From Vicinamibacterales bacterium (GTDB lineage Bacteria; Acidobacteriota; Vicinamibacteria; Vicinamibacterales; UBA2999), in contig DATFRP010000196.1 in the NCBI GenBank assembly GCA_035263125.1, positions 22,551-86,550 on the forward strand: DNA of 64,000 nt, given 5' to 3'. Numbering within the stretch: position 1 is the stretch's first letter; each line of letters opens with the position of its first letter. Shown here piece by piece: positions 45,901 to 53,791 of this stretch. Position numbers and translations under genes: made by a program. The notes under the pieces are model-generated. The model was given only the letters and a program-made list of their open reading frames with translations. It was not told where the DNA came from and made no database searches.

Positions 45901-46009
45901 CGGAGAGAACTTCGCATACACACCGCCAGGCGTCATCCCCGGCTGGACATCGCCGACGTCGATCCTGCTCCCACGTCTCTTCAAGATCAGCGCCCAGTTC
46001 GACTTCTAG
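42947..46009 (+). CDS. Large TonB-dependent receptor-like outer-membrane protein with N-terminal CarboxypepD_reg-like domain (receptor 2, 1020 aa)
   Basis: Signal peptide MSPMKHLLLAITIVLSVPLAASAQA; GTVKDPSGGVLPGVTVEASSPVLIEKVRTGVTDGTGRYTIPDLRPGTYRVTFALSGF, nearly identical to receptor 1 here; it ends ...KISAQFDF. RBS AAGGAGAG lies before ATG 42947. Confidence 0.8.
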   Translation: MSPMKHLLLAITIVLSVPLAASAQATLSGTVKDPSGGVLPGVTVEASSPVLIEKVRTGVTDGTGRYTIPDLRPGTYRVTFALSGFKTVVREGVVLTGTAVFDASAELAVGNLQETITVTGETPVVNLESTTRQAVMDQAIVTAIPSSRTPFTVGVLIPGVRKGAFTGQDVGGSVVQEVASLEANGGRTSDQRMMVNGVALSSMIAGGWGGGAVPNATGTAEFAIDVSAVDAQAATGGVRINFIPRDGGNRYSGAIFASYANQDFASDNFTGSDVQKAGLAVPGTIKANGDLNPGFGGPIQKDKLWFFLSGRSLFADNYVASTFFNQNANNPNRYDYVPSTNQAILHQEQTIYQARLTWQAAPKHKIGLTYDQENFCACTTGIGPGIGGAITSPEAGNDRRFPLQRFVTMDWSTPVSNRLLVEASAIHRVERWGGMEPQVGKLGNIDHLTPGMISVTDSLNPVTGGGLTYRAATSYNNSWNWNIHYRAAVSYITGSNQFKVGFNNAYGHHENTTYSSPAAPYSYGFTSMVPTSITYQLVPRTVEVNVNRDMGLFAQDKWTTGRWTLAGAIRWDSFANSFPPQGISGTFFGRNVNIQYDKIDNLSWNDITPRLGATYDVFGNGKTALKVTLNKYLEGLGTTGFGPAQVTDAPNPILSLSTTAGRPWADANSNFVPNCDLNNFALNGECGALDNPNFGSLIPTRSYDPDLMKGWGKRSFNWEFTTSVQHEIIPRMSIDVQYARRWYGNIRIMDDLAAKASDYTPVTVTAPSDSRLPNGGGYPLTVMNLSPTVAAQNYFVTLSNNYGKQTEHFDGVNVTLNARLQNGLLLQGGMGTGRQVTNDCAVVDQLPEMLHTFFGDPTRLFFFAARPKEFCEQNNGFMTSIQGLAAYTLPKIDVQISGSFQNLPGAVVQANANYTGLPPGAIPGSISGAYPFIPFKAVQIVDPGQLYIERLNQIDLRLSKIFRINNTRTNINFDFYNVTNSNSIIGENFAYTPPGVIPGWTSPTSILLPRLFKISAQFDF

Positions 46010-46013
46010 GAAT

Positions 46014-46037
46014 CAGGAGGCAGGAGGAATCAGGGAA
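46014..46037. repeat. Degenerate CAGGAxx heptamer repeat (CAGGAGG CAGGAGG aat CAGGGAA)
   Basis: Read directly, immediately after the receptor 2 stop and abutting the terminator hairpin. Confidence 0.55.
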
Positions 46038-46070
46038 GGCCGGTCCATTCGGACCGGCCTTTTCCTTTTC
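46036..46070 (+). terminator. Rho-independent terminator after receptor 2 (hairpin shared with the convergent TPR gene)
   Basis: An 11-bp stem aaggccggtcc / ggaccggcctt with loop attc, followed by ttccttttc on the plus strand. There is no T-run on the minus strand. Confidence 0.75.
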
Positions 46071-47649
46071 ATGGCCGGCACGAAGGGGATTCGTACTTCT
46101 TCGACTCGGCCTTCAGGCGCGCGGCCTCCTGTGAGTCTTTTGCGCGAGTGGCCTCGTTGACCGCGCGTTGCATCGTATCGCGCGCCTCCGCGCACCGACC
46201 CAACTCCGCAAGAGCGATCGCGATCGTCTCGGTGTGAACCGGCGACGGCTCTGCCTTGCTCACGGCAGTCGCCAGGTCGAGCGCCCGCCGACCATCACGG
46301 AGCGATGCGTCCGGTGATGAAGCGAGCAGCCGCGCGAGCGTCGTTGCCGTCGTCGTACGCTCGGGGAATGCCGCGTTCGCTTCGTCGAGCAGCGCGATTG
46401 CGTCGCGAAATCGTCCTCGATCAGCAAGCAGGATTGAGAGCGCCACCGTCGACGCCTCGTCATCGGGGCGTGATGACCGTGATGCCGTCAGCACGTCGAT
46501 CGCCTCGCCCGGCCGCTCGAGTCGCACGAGCACGCCGACCAGGGCCGCACCGACACCAGCTTCGTCAGGCGCTGCTTTGAACGCGGCTTGCAGGTGGGGC
46601 AACGCCTCCCGATCGCGACGCTGTCCGACCAGCAAGAGGCCAAGACCGGCGTGCGCGGTGGCATTGTCGGCGTCGCGGGCGAGCGCGGCCTCGAACTCGT
46701 CGATCGCGTCTCCGATCTTCCCCAACCTTGCGAGCGTCGATCCGAGATTGACGTGAGCGGTCACGCTCGACGGCGACGCCGCGAGCACCTTTCGAAACGC
46801 GTCGGCGGCTTCCTGAAACTGGCCGGCATCGTACAAACGTCTCCCCTGCATCACGAGGGCATGCTCACCGCGCAGCAGCGACGCGAGACTATCGACCACC
46901 GAATCGGCGACCCGGACATCGTTCGAGCCTCGGCGCTCGAGATGTGCGCGGGCGTCGTCCATGCGGCCCAATCCGCGATACGCCATCGCCAGCGAGTAAT
47001 GGACGCTCGTCGCCTGCGGCACGCGATCGAGCACCGCTCTGAAGAGATCGACGGCGTCGGAGAATCGGCCCTCGCGCAGCGCGACCTCGCCGAGCCCGCG
47101 ACGAGCGACGGCAGGGAACGTATCGATCACGCGCTGGTACTCGTCGCGCGCGTCGTGCAGACGATTCAGCCCGAGGTACACCTCGCCAAGACGCACGGTG
47201 ACCGTCGGATCGTCCGGACGGATCCGGCGCGTGGCGAGCAATGATGCAGTGGCTTCCTCGAGCCGACCGGTCTGCTGATACAGGTATCCAAGCAGGTGCG
47301 GCCATCGCGCATCGCTATCCGCAAGACGCGAGGCGTTGACGTACGCCGCTTCCGCCGAATCGAAGAACTCGTAGGCGTGATACACACGGGCCAGCGATCC
47401 GTAGGCGTCGGCGAGCGCTTTCGAAGACGCATTCTGGGTCGTGGCCTGAAGAACGACCTGTTGAGCCTCGCGAAGCTGATCGACAACGGAAGCGTCGAGG
47501 CCATCGAGTCGAGGGATCGGTACTGGCGCGAGATTCGCTCTCGCCGGCGCGATCGTCGACACATCGGGCGTCTGAGGCGCGGCGCGCACGGATCCGCCCC
47601 AGATCGCGCCTGCAAGCACCAACCCGGCGACCGATCGGAAGCGTGACAT
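46069..47649 (-). CDS. TPR-repeat secreted protein (pair 3)
   Basis: Signal peptide MSRFRSVAGLVLAGAIWGGSVRA|AP. It has TPR units throughout and shares an N-terminal non-TPR block with the other two TPR genes (...LADAYGSLARVY...RWPHLLGYLY). It starts 11 nt after the CRTAC1 stop at 47661. Confidence 0.8.
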   Translation of the reverse strand: MSRFRSVAGLVLAGAIWGGSVRAAPQTPDVSTIAPARANLAPVPIPRLDGLDASVVDQLREAQQVVLQATTQNASSKALADAYGSLARVYHAYEFFDSAEAAYVNASRLADSDARWPHLLGYLYQQTGRLEEATASLLATRRIRPDDPTVTVRLGEVYLGLNRLHDARDEYQRVIDTFPAVARRGLGEVALREGRFSDAVDLFRAVLDRVPQATSVHYSLAMAYRGLGRMDDARAHLERRGSNDVRVADSVVDSLASLLRGEHALVMQGRRLYDAGQFQEAADAFRKVLAASPSSVTAHVNLGSTLARLGKIGDAIDEFEAALARDADNATAHAGLGLLLVGQRRDREALPHLQAAFKAAPDEAGVGAALVGVLVRLERPGEAIDVLTASRSSRPDDEASTVALSILLADRGRFRDAIALLDEANAAFPERTTTATTLARLLASSPDASLRDGRRALDLATAVSKAEPSPVHTETIAIALAELGRCAEARDTMQRAVNEATRAKDSQEAARLKAESKKYESPSCRP

Positions 47650-47660
47650 GATGCGGTCGA

Positions 47661-49352
47661 CTAAGACGCCTTCGCGGCCTTGCCGCGTTCGAGGATCCAA
47701 TACCGATCGACGGCAAGGCCGCGGAATTCCTCGACGTCCCCCGGTCCCCATTGCACGCGAACCGTCTGCATCGATTGATCGTCGCCGAGCCCGAACATCA
47801 CTCGTGGATCGCTGGCGGTGCAGTAACTGCCGTCGACCTGAACACGACGCACGACGTTACGACCTCCGCGACCCGCAAGCTCGACACGCGACTGCAGCGC
47901 GTCGCGGTGATAGCGGGGATCGATCGCACGGACACCGAGCCAGTGGCCGCGCGCCCTGACCTCGTTCATCAGCACTCTCGCCGGACCACTGTTGTTGAAG
48001 ATGACGATGTCGATGGAGCCGTCGTTGTCGAGGTCGCCGGCCGCAATCCCGCGAGCGACCTGCATCGGTGCGAACGCGGGCCCGGCGGCGGCGCTGACAT
48101 CCACGAACGTCCCTCGCCGATCGTTGTGAAACAGCTGGCTCCGCTGCTTGAGTGGATAAGGGTCGCCCTTCTGCACCTGGGCGCTCAGATGCCTGACGGC
48201 ACCATTCGCGACGATCAGATCGAGCCAGCCATCGCTGTCGTAGTCGATGAAGCGCGTGCCGAAGCCGGTGAAGCCGAGTTTGAAGAGTCCGTGTTCGACC
48301 GTGCGATCTTCGAACAACCCCCGGCCGACGTTGACGTAGAGCGTGTTGGCCTCGTTGTCGAGATTGGTGACGAACAGATCCTCGTCCCCATCGCCGTCGA
48401 TGTCTCCAAGGTCGATACCCATGCTCCCCTGTGCCTGGCCTGCACGATTGAGCGCCACACCGGCCAGCAGCCCTTCGTCCTTGAACACGCCCGTGCCCTG
48501 CTGGTTGATCCAGAGGCGGTTGGGATCGCCGTCGTTGGCCACATAGATGTCGATCCATCCATCGCCGTTGATGTCCGACGCGAGCACGCCAAGCCCTCGT
48601 GCCGGTGACCGCGTGAGGCCCGCACGCGCCGAGACATCCGAGAACGTTCCGTTGCGATCGTTGTGCAGCAGTCGATCGGCGACCGGCGGATACACAACGG
48701 GATTGCAGTAGTCCCGCGCCGAGCCCGCCGAAAAACAGGTGCGCTTCATGTCCGCGCGGAAGTCGACGTAGTGCGCGACGTACAGATCGAGCCAGCCGTC
48801 GCGGTCGTAATCGAAGAACGTCGCGCTCGTACTCCAGCGCTGGTCGCCAGTGCCCGATTTCTCGGTGACATCGGTGAAGGTGCCGTTGCAGTTGTTGTGG
48901 AGCAGCTGATTGCCGCGTAGATGCGTCAGGTACAGATCGACGCACCCATCGTTGTCGAAGTCACCGGTGGCAGCACCCATGCCATAACCGCGCGCGACGA
49001 TGCCACTCGCTTCGGTGACGTCGGTGAAATGAAGCGATCGCGTCCCCGGAGTCACACGAAGATCGTTCCGAAACAAACGCCCCCCGCTCCCTGCCCCCTG
49101 CACGAGGTACACATCGAGATCGCCATCGTTGTCGTAATCGAACAGCGCACCGCCGGCACCGATGACTTCGGGAAGCCGCAACTCACCCGCCGCGCCGTTC
49201 ACGTGGGAGAAGTCGAGACCAGACTCTTTCGTCCTGTCAACGAGGATGGGAGCGTGCTCCTGCGCGGATCCGTCGAACACCGCCAGCGCCGCGAGGCATA
49301 CCACGACGCTCGATGTCAGCCCCGCACGAACGGCCACACACCGGCGCGTCAC
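47661..49352 (-). CDS. CRTAC1-family secreted protein: FG-GAP/VCBS beta-propeller + ASPIC/UnbV domain (pair 3)
   Basis: Same blade series as the other copies (DYDNDGDLDVYLV, GDFDNDGCVDLYL, FDYDRDGWLDLYV, SDINGDGWIDIYV, GDIDGDGDEDLFV, IDYDSDGWLDLIV, GDLDNDGSIDIVI). The UnbV end lacks the palindromic insertion (GHWLGVRAIDPRYHRDALQSRV). Confidence 0.8.
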   Translation of the reverse strand: MTRRCVAVRAGLTSSVVVCLAALAVFDGSAQEHAPILVDRTKESGLDFSHVNGAAGELRLPEVIGAGGALFDYDNDGDLDVYLVQGAGSGGRLFRNDLRVTPGTRSLHFTDVTEASGIVARGYGMGAATGDFDNDGCVDLYLTHLRGNQLLHNNCNGTFTDVTEKSGTGDQRWSTSATFFDYDRDGWLDLYVAHYVDFRADMKRTCFSAGSARDYCNPVVYPPVADRLLHNDRNGTFSDVSARAGLTRSPARGLGVLASDINGDGWIDIYVANDGDPNRLWINQQGTGVFKDEGLLAGVALNRAGQAQGSMGIDLGDIDGDGDEDLFVTNLDNEANTLYVNVGRGLFEDRTVEHGLFKLGFTGFGTRFIDYDSDGWLDLIVANGAVRHLSAQVQKGDPYPLKQRSQLFHNDRRGTFVDVSAAAGPAFAPMQVARGIAAGDLDNDGSIDIVIFNNSGPARVLMNEVRARGHWLGVRAIDPRYHRDALQSRVELAGRGGRNVVRRVQVDGSYCTASDPRVMFGLGDDQSMQTVRVQWGPGDVEEFRGLAVDRYWILERGKAAKAS

Positions 49353-49368
49353 GAGTGCATCTTACCGC

Positions 49369-50988
49369 TCACGCGCCAGGGCGAGGATGGTGCACCGGAT
49401 CGTCGTTGGTCCAGGGAACGCGGCAGGGTCGACCGGCTTCGTACTGCTTGAGTACCTCGGTGAGCCGCGAGACGATTGCTCCGCCGCCACTCTGCCGCGC
49501 CATTGCGATGGCGTCCCGCTGCCAGCGGATCGCTGCCTGAAAGCGTCCGAGCTCCGCCTGCGTCATCGCCATCGTCTCGGCCAGGGCGAGTGTCCGCTGG
49601 CTCTCGAGGAGCCGCGTCATGATCATCTCGGCGCGGGCGCCGTCGCGCACGCGATCGTCGGGCGCGGCCGCCAGCAGGCGCGCCAGCGCGTGCGCGAATC
49701 CCGGCTGATCGGGAAACGCTTTCATGCTGTCCTGCAGACGGTCGCGTGCTTCCTGATAGCGCGCGAGCCGGACGAGCCCGATCGCGTATCCGAAGCTCGC
49801 CTGCGAGACGGCGGGATTGATGCGGATGATCTCGGCGTAATGCGGAAGCGACTCCTGGACGCGGCCATTGCGACGAAGCGCGTTGGCGAGCGTGAAACGG
49901 GCTTCGAGATACGCGGGATCGCTCGCCACGGCCGTCGAGAACGCGGCGATCGCCTCGTCATCGCGGCCGCGCGATTCCATGATGACCCCGATCCCGAAAT
50001 GCGCGCGGGCGAGACCCGGAGACAACCGCACCGCCTCGCGATACTGTTCCAGCGCGCGGTCGGCGTTCCCCTGCATGTACAACGCGGTGCCCAGATTCAG
50101 CCGGGTGAACGCATTGCGCGGCGACAACTCGACGGCCTTCGACAGATTGTCGGCGGCATCGGCCCATTGACGTGCATCGAGCGCCCTGGTCCCGCGGGTT
50201 TCGTAGGCCGCGGCGTTCTGCAGCAGTCCCGCGAGATCGGCCATCAACGGATCCGCCTGCGGCGGATCGACGTCACCGCGCAGCTTCAAATGCGCGTCCG
50301 CTGCTCGCGCGTTGCCAATACCGCGGTAGGCGAGCGCGAGCGGATAGTGCACGCGCGTTGCAGCCGGCGCCACGCGCAACGCGTTCTCGAGAAAGGTCAC
50401 GGCTTGTGAGTACTGCTGCCTGGCCAACGCCACGCGGCCCAATCCAAACGACACTGCCCCCGACTCCGGCGCCAACGATTTCGCCGTCGTCAGCAGTCGC
50501 TCGGCCTCGTCGGTGCGGTTCGCCGCCAGATGCAACTCGGACAGCCACACCAGCGTCGGCACATCGGTCGGCTGCAGCATGAGCACGCGCTCGAATGCGG
50601 TGACCGCACGCGCGTCGTCGTGCTCGAGGCGAAAAACGTGTCCCAGGTAGTACGGCCACTTCATCTCGGAAGGAGCGAGCGTCTGCGCGTTGGTGAGACA
50701 GGCTTCAGCGGCATCATAGAATTCGGCCGCCATGAAGAGCTTCCCCATCTCGCCGTACGCATCCGCAAGTTCGCTCGACGCGACGCCGGGCTTGCCGATG
50801 GCGGCGGTCATCGACTCGTAACGCGCGCGCAGTTGCGTCTGGACCGATTCCGCCGCTGTCGACATGTCGGGCAGAGACACCGTCTTCAGCGACGGCGTCG
50901 CTGGTGCGGCCGGCGCTGATTCGCGGGCCGTATTGCACGCGGTCACGCCAAGAATGCTGGCGGTCGCGAGGGTAACGAGGTATCTCAC
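49369..50988 (-). CDS. TPR-repeat lipoprotein (pair 2)
   Basis: GTG start overlapping the upstream CRTAC1 stop (GTGA). Lipobox MRYLVTLATASILGVTAC|N. Conserved blocks ELADAYGEMGKLFMAAEFYDAAE and KWPYYLGHVF are shared with pair 1. Confidence 0.8.
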   Translation of the reverse strand: MRYLVTLATASILGVTACNTARESAPAAPATPSLKTVSLPDMSTAAESVQTQLRARYESMTAAIGKPGVASSELADAYGEMGKLFMAAEFYDAAEACLTNAQTLAPSEMKWPYYLGHVFRLEHDDARAVTAFERVLMLQPTDVPTLVWLSELHLAANRTDEAERLLTTAKSLAPESGAVSFGLGRVALARQQYSQAVTFLENALRVAPAATRVHYPLALAYRGIGNARAADAHLKLRGDVDPPQADPLMADLAGLLQNAAAYETRGTRALDARQWADAADNLSKAVELSPRNAFTRLNLGTALYMQGNADRALEQYREAVRLSPGLARAHFGIGVIMESRGRDDEAIAAFSTAVASDPAYLEARFTLANALRRNGRVQESLPHYAEIIRINPAVSQASFGYAIGLVRLARYQEARDRLQDSMKAFPDQPGFAHALARLLAAAPDDRVRDGARAEMIMTRLLESQRTLALAETMAMTQAELGRFQAAIRWQRDAIAMARQSGGGAIVSRLTEVLKQYEAGRPCRVPWTNDDPVHHPRPGA

Positions 50989-52769
50989 TTCCCTTCACCC
51001 TGTTTCAGAGTGATGTAGCGATCGACAGGCAGATCCTCCCACATCTCCATTCGCCCGTCGGGCCATCGCAGGCGCACCGCCACGGGGTCGGCCGACTCGC
51101 CCAGCCCGACGAGCACGCGCGGATCGTTGGCGGATGCGTAGCTGCCATCAGCGCGCGAGCGACGCCACAGCGAGCCTCCGCTCTTTCGAACGATCTCCAC
51201 ACGCGCGCCGAGCATGTCTCGCCCGACCTGGGCCGCCTTAAGGCGGCCCCCACGATCGTCGTAGGGGCCGCCCTTAGGCGGCCCAACGAGTCGAAGCCCC
51301 AACCAATGACGCCCTCTCGTGGCCTGATTGATCAGCAGCCGGGCAGGTCCGTTGTTGTTGGCGATCACCACGTCCACGTCGCCATCGTTGTCGATGTCGC
51401 CGAATGCCGCGCCGCGACCGATCTCCGACAACGCAAACGCCGCTCCTGCTTTCCCCGTCACATCCTCGAAACGCGTGCTTCCTCCATTGCGCAGCAACAG
51501 CTTCTTCTGGTGCAGGGGAAACGGATCGCGCGCCTGCCGCAGCGACTCGATGATCTGCACCGTGCCGTTGACGGCCAGCAGATCGAGACGGCCATCGGAA
51601 TCGAAGTCGAACAAGCCGGCACCGAATCCGGTCAGCGCCAGGCTCGCGGGCCCGACCATCGAGGGCGCGCTCGCATCGACGAACAGGCCGTGTCCGTCGT
51701 TCACATAGAGGTTGCTGCCCTCGCCCGTCAGCTCGGTCATCACCAGATCTTCATCGCCGTCATTATCGATGTCGCCCGCGTCGACACCCATGCTGCCTTC
51801 CGCCTTGCCGCTGACCGGAAGCGCGACCCCTGAAGCCAGCGCCACATTCTCGAACGTGCGGTCGTGGCGATTCAGCCAGAGCTGATTCTCCTTGCCATCG
51901 TTCGCGACGTAGATATCCATCCAGCCGTCGCCGTTGAAGTCCGCGGTCGAGACTCCGAGCGCCGGACCAAACTCGGTGGCCACATGAGACGAAGCGGTGA
52001 TGTCGGCAAACGTGCCGTTTCGTCGATTGAGATAGAGCCGATCGGGCAGCGGCGGAAAGCTGCTCGGCGTGCAGTAATCGGGCGCGCCGGTCGGGCTGAA
52101 GCAGGAGCCGTTGCCCGCGAGCGTGTAGCGCAGGTAGTTGCCGACGTAGAGATCCAGCCATCCGTCGCGATCGATGTCCACGAAGGCCGCGGACACGCTC
52201 CACGACTCCAACGCCGTCCCGGTTTCCTTCGCGACGTCCGTGAACGTGCCGTCGCCGTTGTTGCGAAGCATCTGGTTCGGCGCGTTGAACTTCGTCAGGT
52301 AGAGGTCCACCCATCCGTCGTTGTTGAAGTCACCGGCGGCGACACCCATGCCGTAGCCGCGCGCCTCGATCTTGCTCTCGCGGGTCACGTCAGTGAAGTG
52401 AATGGTGCGCGTGCCATCAGGGTTGATCCGCAGATCGTTCCGGAACAACCGATCGTTCTGTCCGGGTCCTCGGCTCCCGAACTGACCGCTTTGTACGAGG
52501 TAGACGTCCAGATCGCCATCGTTGTCGTAATCGAACAATGCGACACCCGGCCCCAGAATCTCCGGCATGTACAAATGGCCCGACATGCCGTTGATGTGCG
52601 TGAAATCGAGACCTGTCTGCGCGGCGCGGTCGACGAACCAGTCGGCTTCACCATCCGAACGCCTGTCGGTCGTCTCCGGACGGGTCGTCGCGGGCTGACT
52701 CCCCGAGCAGCCGGCGAGCAGGAGGAGAAGAACGAGCGGGGTCGGATCGCGTCTGTTGTGCGGCCGCAT
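50985..52769 (-). CDS. CRTAC1-family lipoprotein: FG-GAP/VCBS beta-propeller + ASPIC/UnbV domain (pair 2)
   Basis: Lipobox MRPHNRRDPTPLVLLLLLAGC|SGS (ATG 52769; the ORF-track start at 53066 overlaps the upstream gene). Same seven-blade series. The UnbV end carries an insertion (PPKGGPYDDRGGRLKAAQVG). Confidence 0.8.
   Translation of the reverse strand: MRPHNRRDPTPLVLLLLLAGCSGSQPATTRPETTDRRSDGEADWFVDRAAQTGLDFTHINGMSGHLYMPEILGPGVALFDYDNDGDLDVYLVQSGQFGSRGPGQNDRLFRNDLRINPDGTRTIHFTDVTRESKIEARGYGMGVAAGDFNNDGWVDLYLTKFNAPNQMLRNNGDGTFTDVAKETGTALESWSVSAAFVDIDRDGWLDLYVGNYLRYTLAGNGSCFSPTGAPDYCTPSSFPPLPDRLYLNRRNGTFADITASSHVATEFGPALGVSTADFNGDGWMDIYVANDGKENQLWLNRHDRTFENVALASGVALPVSGKAEGSMGVDAGDIDNDGDEDLVMTELTGEGSNLYVNDGHGLFVDASAPSMVGPASLALTGFGAGLFDFDSDGRLDLLAVNGTVQIIESLRQARDPFPLHQKKLLLRNGGSTRFEDVTGKAGAAFALSEIGRGAAFGDIDNDGDVDVVIANNNGPARLLINQATRGRHWLGLRLVGPPKGGPYDDRGGRLKAAQVGRDMLGARVEIVRKSGGSLWRRSRADGSYASANDPRVLVGLGESADPVAVRLRWPDGRMEMWEDLPVDRYITLKQGEGK
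51230..51284. repeat. Two copies of the gggccgcc-(c)tta(a)-ggcggccc hairpin inserted in-frame in the CRTAC1 (pair 2) coding sequence
   Basis: gggccgcc-ttaa-ggcggccc at 51230-51249 and gggccgcc-ctta-ggcggccc at 51265-51284, separated by a segment containing the palindrome acgatcgt. The same hairpin occurs intergenically at 55588-55607. Confidence 0.8.
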
Positions 52770-52816
52770 CAATCGAGATCGTACCCGCAGGCACGCATCA
52801 AGATCCGGCCCATCGA

Positions 52817-53227
52817 TCAGTGCAGCGTTTCGCGCGAGGGAGCGTCTTTGAGCACGCCGGTCACCGCGCGGTGCGCGAAGACAGCGTCGGGGACTTCCTG
52901 CAGGGCGGTGTAGTACCGCTGTTCGTACGGCGTGCCCTGTTCGTCGGGGGCGACCAGCCGTCGCGCCTGAGCCACGATCGCAGCGACATCCACGACCGTA
53001 TCCGGCTCCTCCGTATCGAGCGTCTGATCGATCCGCACGATGAGTTCGGAGATCGGACGCAGCCATGCAAACTGCGGATCCGAAACGATGACTCGCAAGA
53101 GCTCGCCTTTGGTCACACGGCCGTGCTTGCGTTCGTAGCCCTCACGCTCCCAGTCGAGGAGCGTCTTGTGCAGCGGCAGGAGCGCGCGCCGCAGCTCGCC
53201 GAGCAGTCGGCGATCGGAGTCTTTCAT
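52817..53227 (-). CDS. Hypothetical cytoplasmic protein (136 aa), first gene of the minus-strand CRTAC1/TPR string
   Basis: ORF with start at MKDSDRR (ATG 53227). It has no signal peptide and is predicted helical (LLGELRRALLPLHKTLLDWEREGYERKHG...). I recognise no family. Confidence 0.55.
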   Translation of the reverse strand: MKDSDRRLLGELRRALLPLHKTLLDWEREGYERKHGRVTKGELLRVIVSDPQFAWLRPISELIVRIDQTLDTEEPDTVVDVAAIVAQARRLVAPDEQGTPYEQRYYTALQEVPDAVFAHRAVTGVLKDAPSRETLH

Positions 53228-53250
53228 GACCAGCCCTGTAATTCTCAATT

Positions 53251-53331
53251 CAGAATGCAGAATGCGGACACTGAGTGTCGCCGTCGCGTTCTGACTGCAT
53301 TTTCATTCTGAATTCTTCATTCTGCATTCTG
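53251..53331. repeat. Heptamer inverted repeat: CAGAATG x2 pairs with CATTCTG copies (14-bp perfect stem potential)
   Basis: cagaatgcagaatg (53251-53264) is the exact reverse complement of cattctgcattctg (53318-53331). A further CATTCTG lies at 53304-53310, with a degenerate copy at 53332-53338. Confidence 0.8.
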
Positions 53332-53342
53332 CATTACACGAG

Positions 53343-53786
53343 CTATTTCCACCGTATCAGCGAGACTCCCAGCAAGAGCAGGACCACGCCGATGAGCCGT
53401 GTGGCCGACACCCGCACGATGGTGCCGCCAAACAGCCCGTAGTGATCGACGACAAGCGCCGCGCACAACTGCCCCACGATCATCATCGCCAGCGTGAGCG
53501 TGGCGCCGAGCTTCGGCGTCAGGATGATGTTGACGAGGATGAAGGTCGCGCCGATCAGGCCACCCGCCCAGATCCACCAGGGCGCTCGCGCGACGCCGCT
53601 CGTCACCGGCGCCGATTGCCGCGTCAGCAGCGCGACGAGCAGCAGGAACACCAAGCCGACAACGAACTGGCCCGCCGCAGCCCAGAACGGGCCATCGAGC
53701 AGCACACGCAGCCGCGCGTTGATCACCGACTGCACGGCGACGCCCGCACCGGTCACGAGCGCGAACAGCAGATAGAGGTTGTTCAC
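53343..53786 (-). CDS. DMT-superfamily small membrane protein (YdcZ/DUF606-like)
   Basis: 147 aa with about 5 TM segments. MNNLYLLFALVTGAGVAVQSVINARL...WWIWAGGLIGATFILVNIILTPKLGATLTLAMMIVGQL...DHYGLFG fits the YdcZ family pattern. GTG start. Confidence 0.7.
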   Translation of the reverse strand: MNNLYLLFALVTGAGVAVQSVINARLRVLLDGPFWAAAGQFVVGLVFLLLVALLTRQSAPVTSGVARAPWWIWAGGLIGATFILVNIILTPKLGATLTLAMMIVGQLCAALVVDHYGLFGGTIVRVSATRLIGVVLLLLGVSLIRWK

Positions 53787-53791
53787 AAGTA

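Noticed and set aside
52770-53066. 99-codon 5' extension of the pair-2 CRTAC1 ORF
   Set aside because: It overlaps the upstream hypothetical gene (52817-53227) in another frame. The lipoprotein signal peptide starts at ATG 52769.
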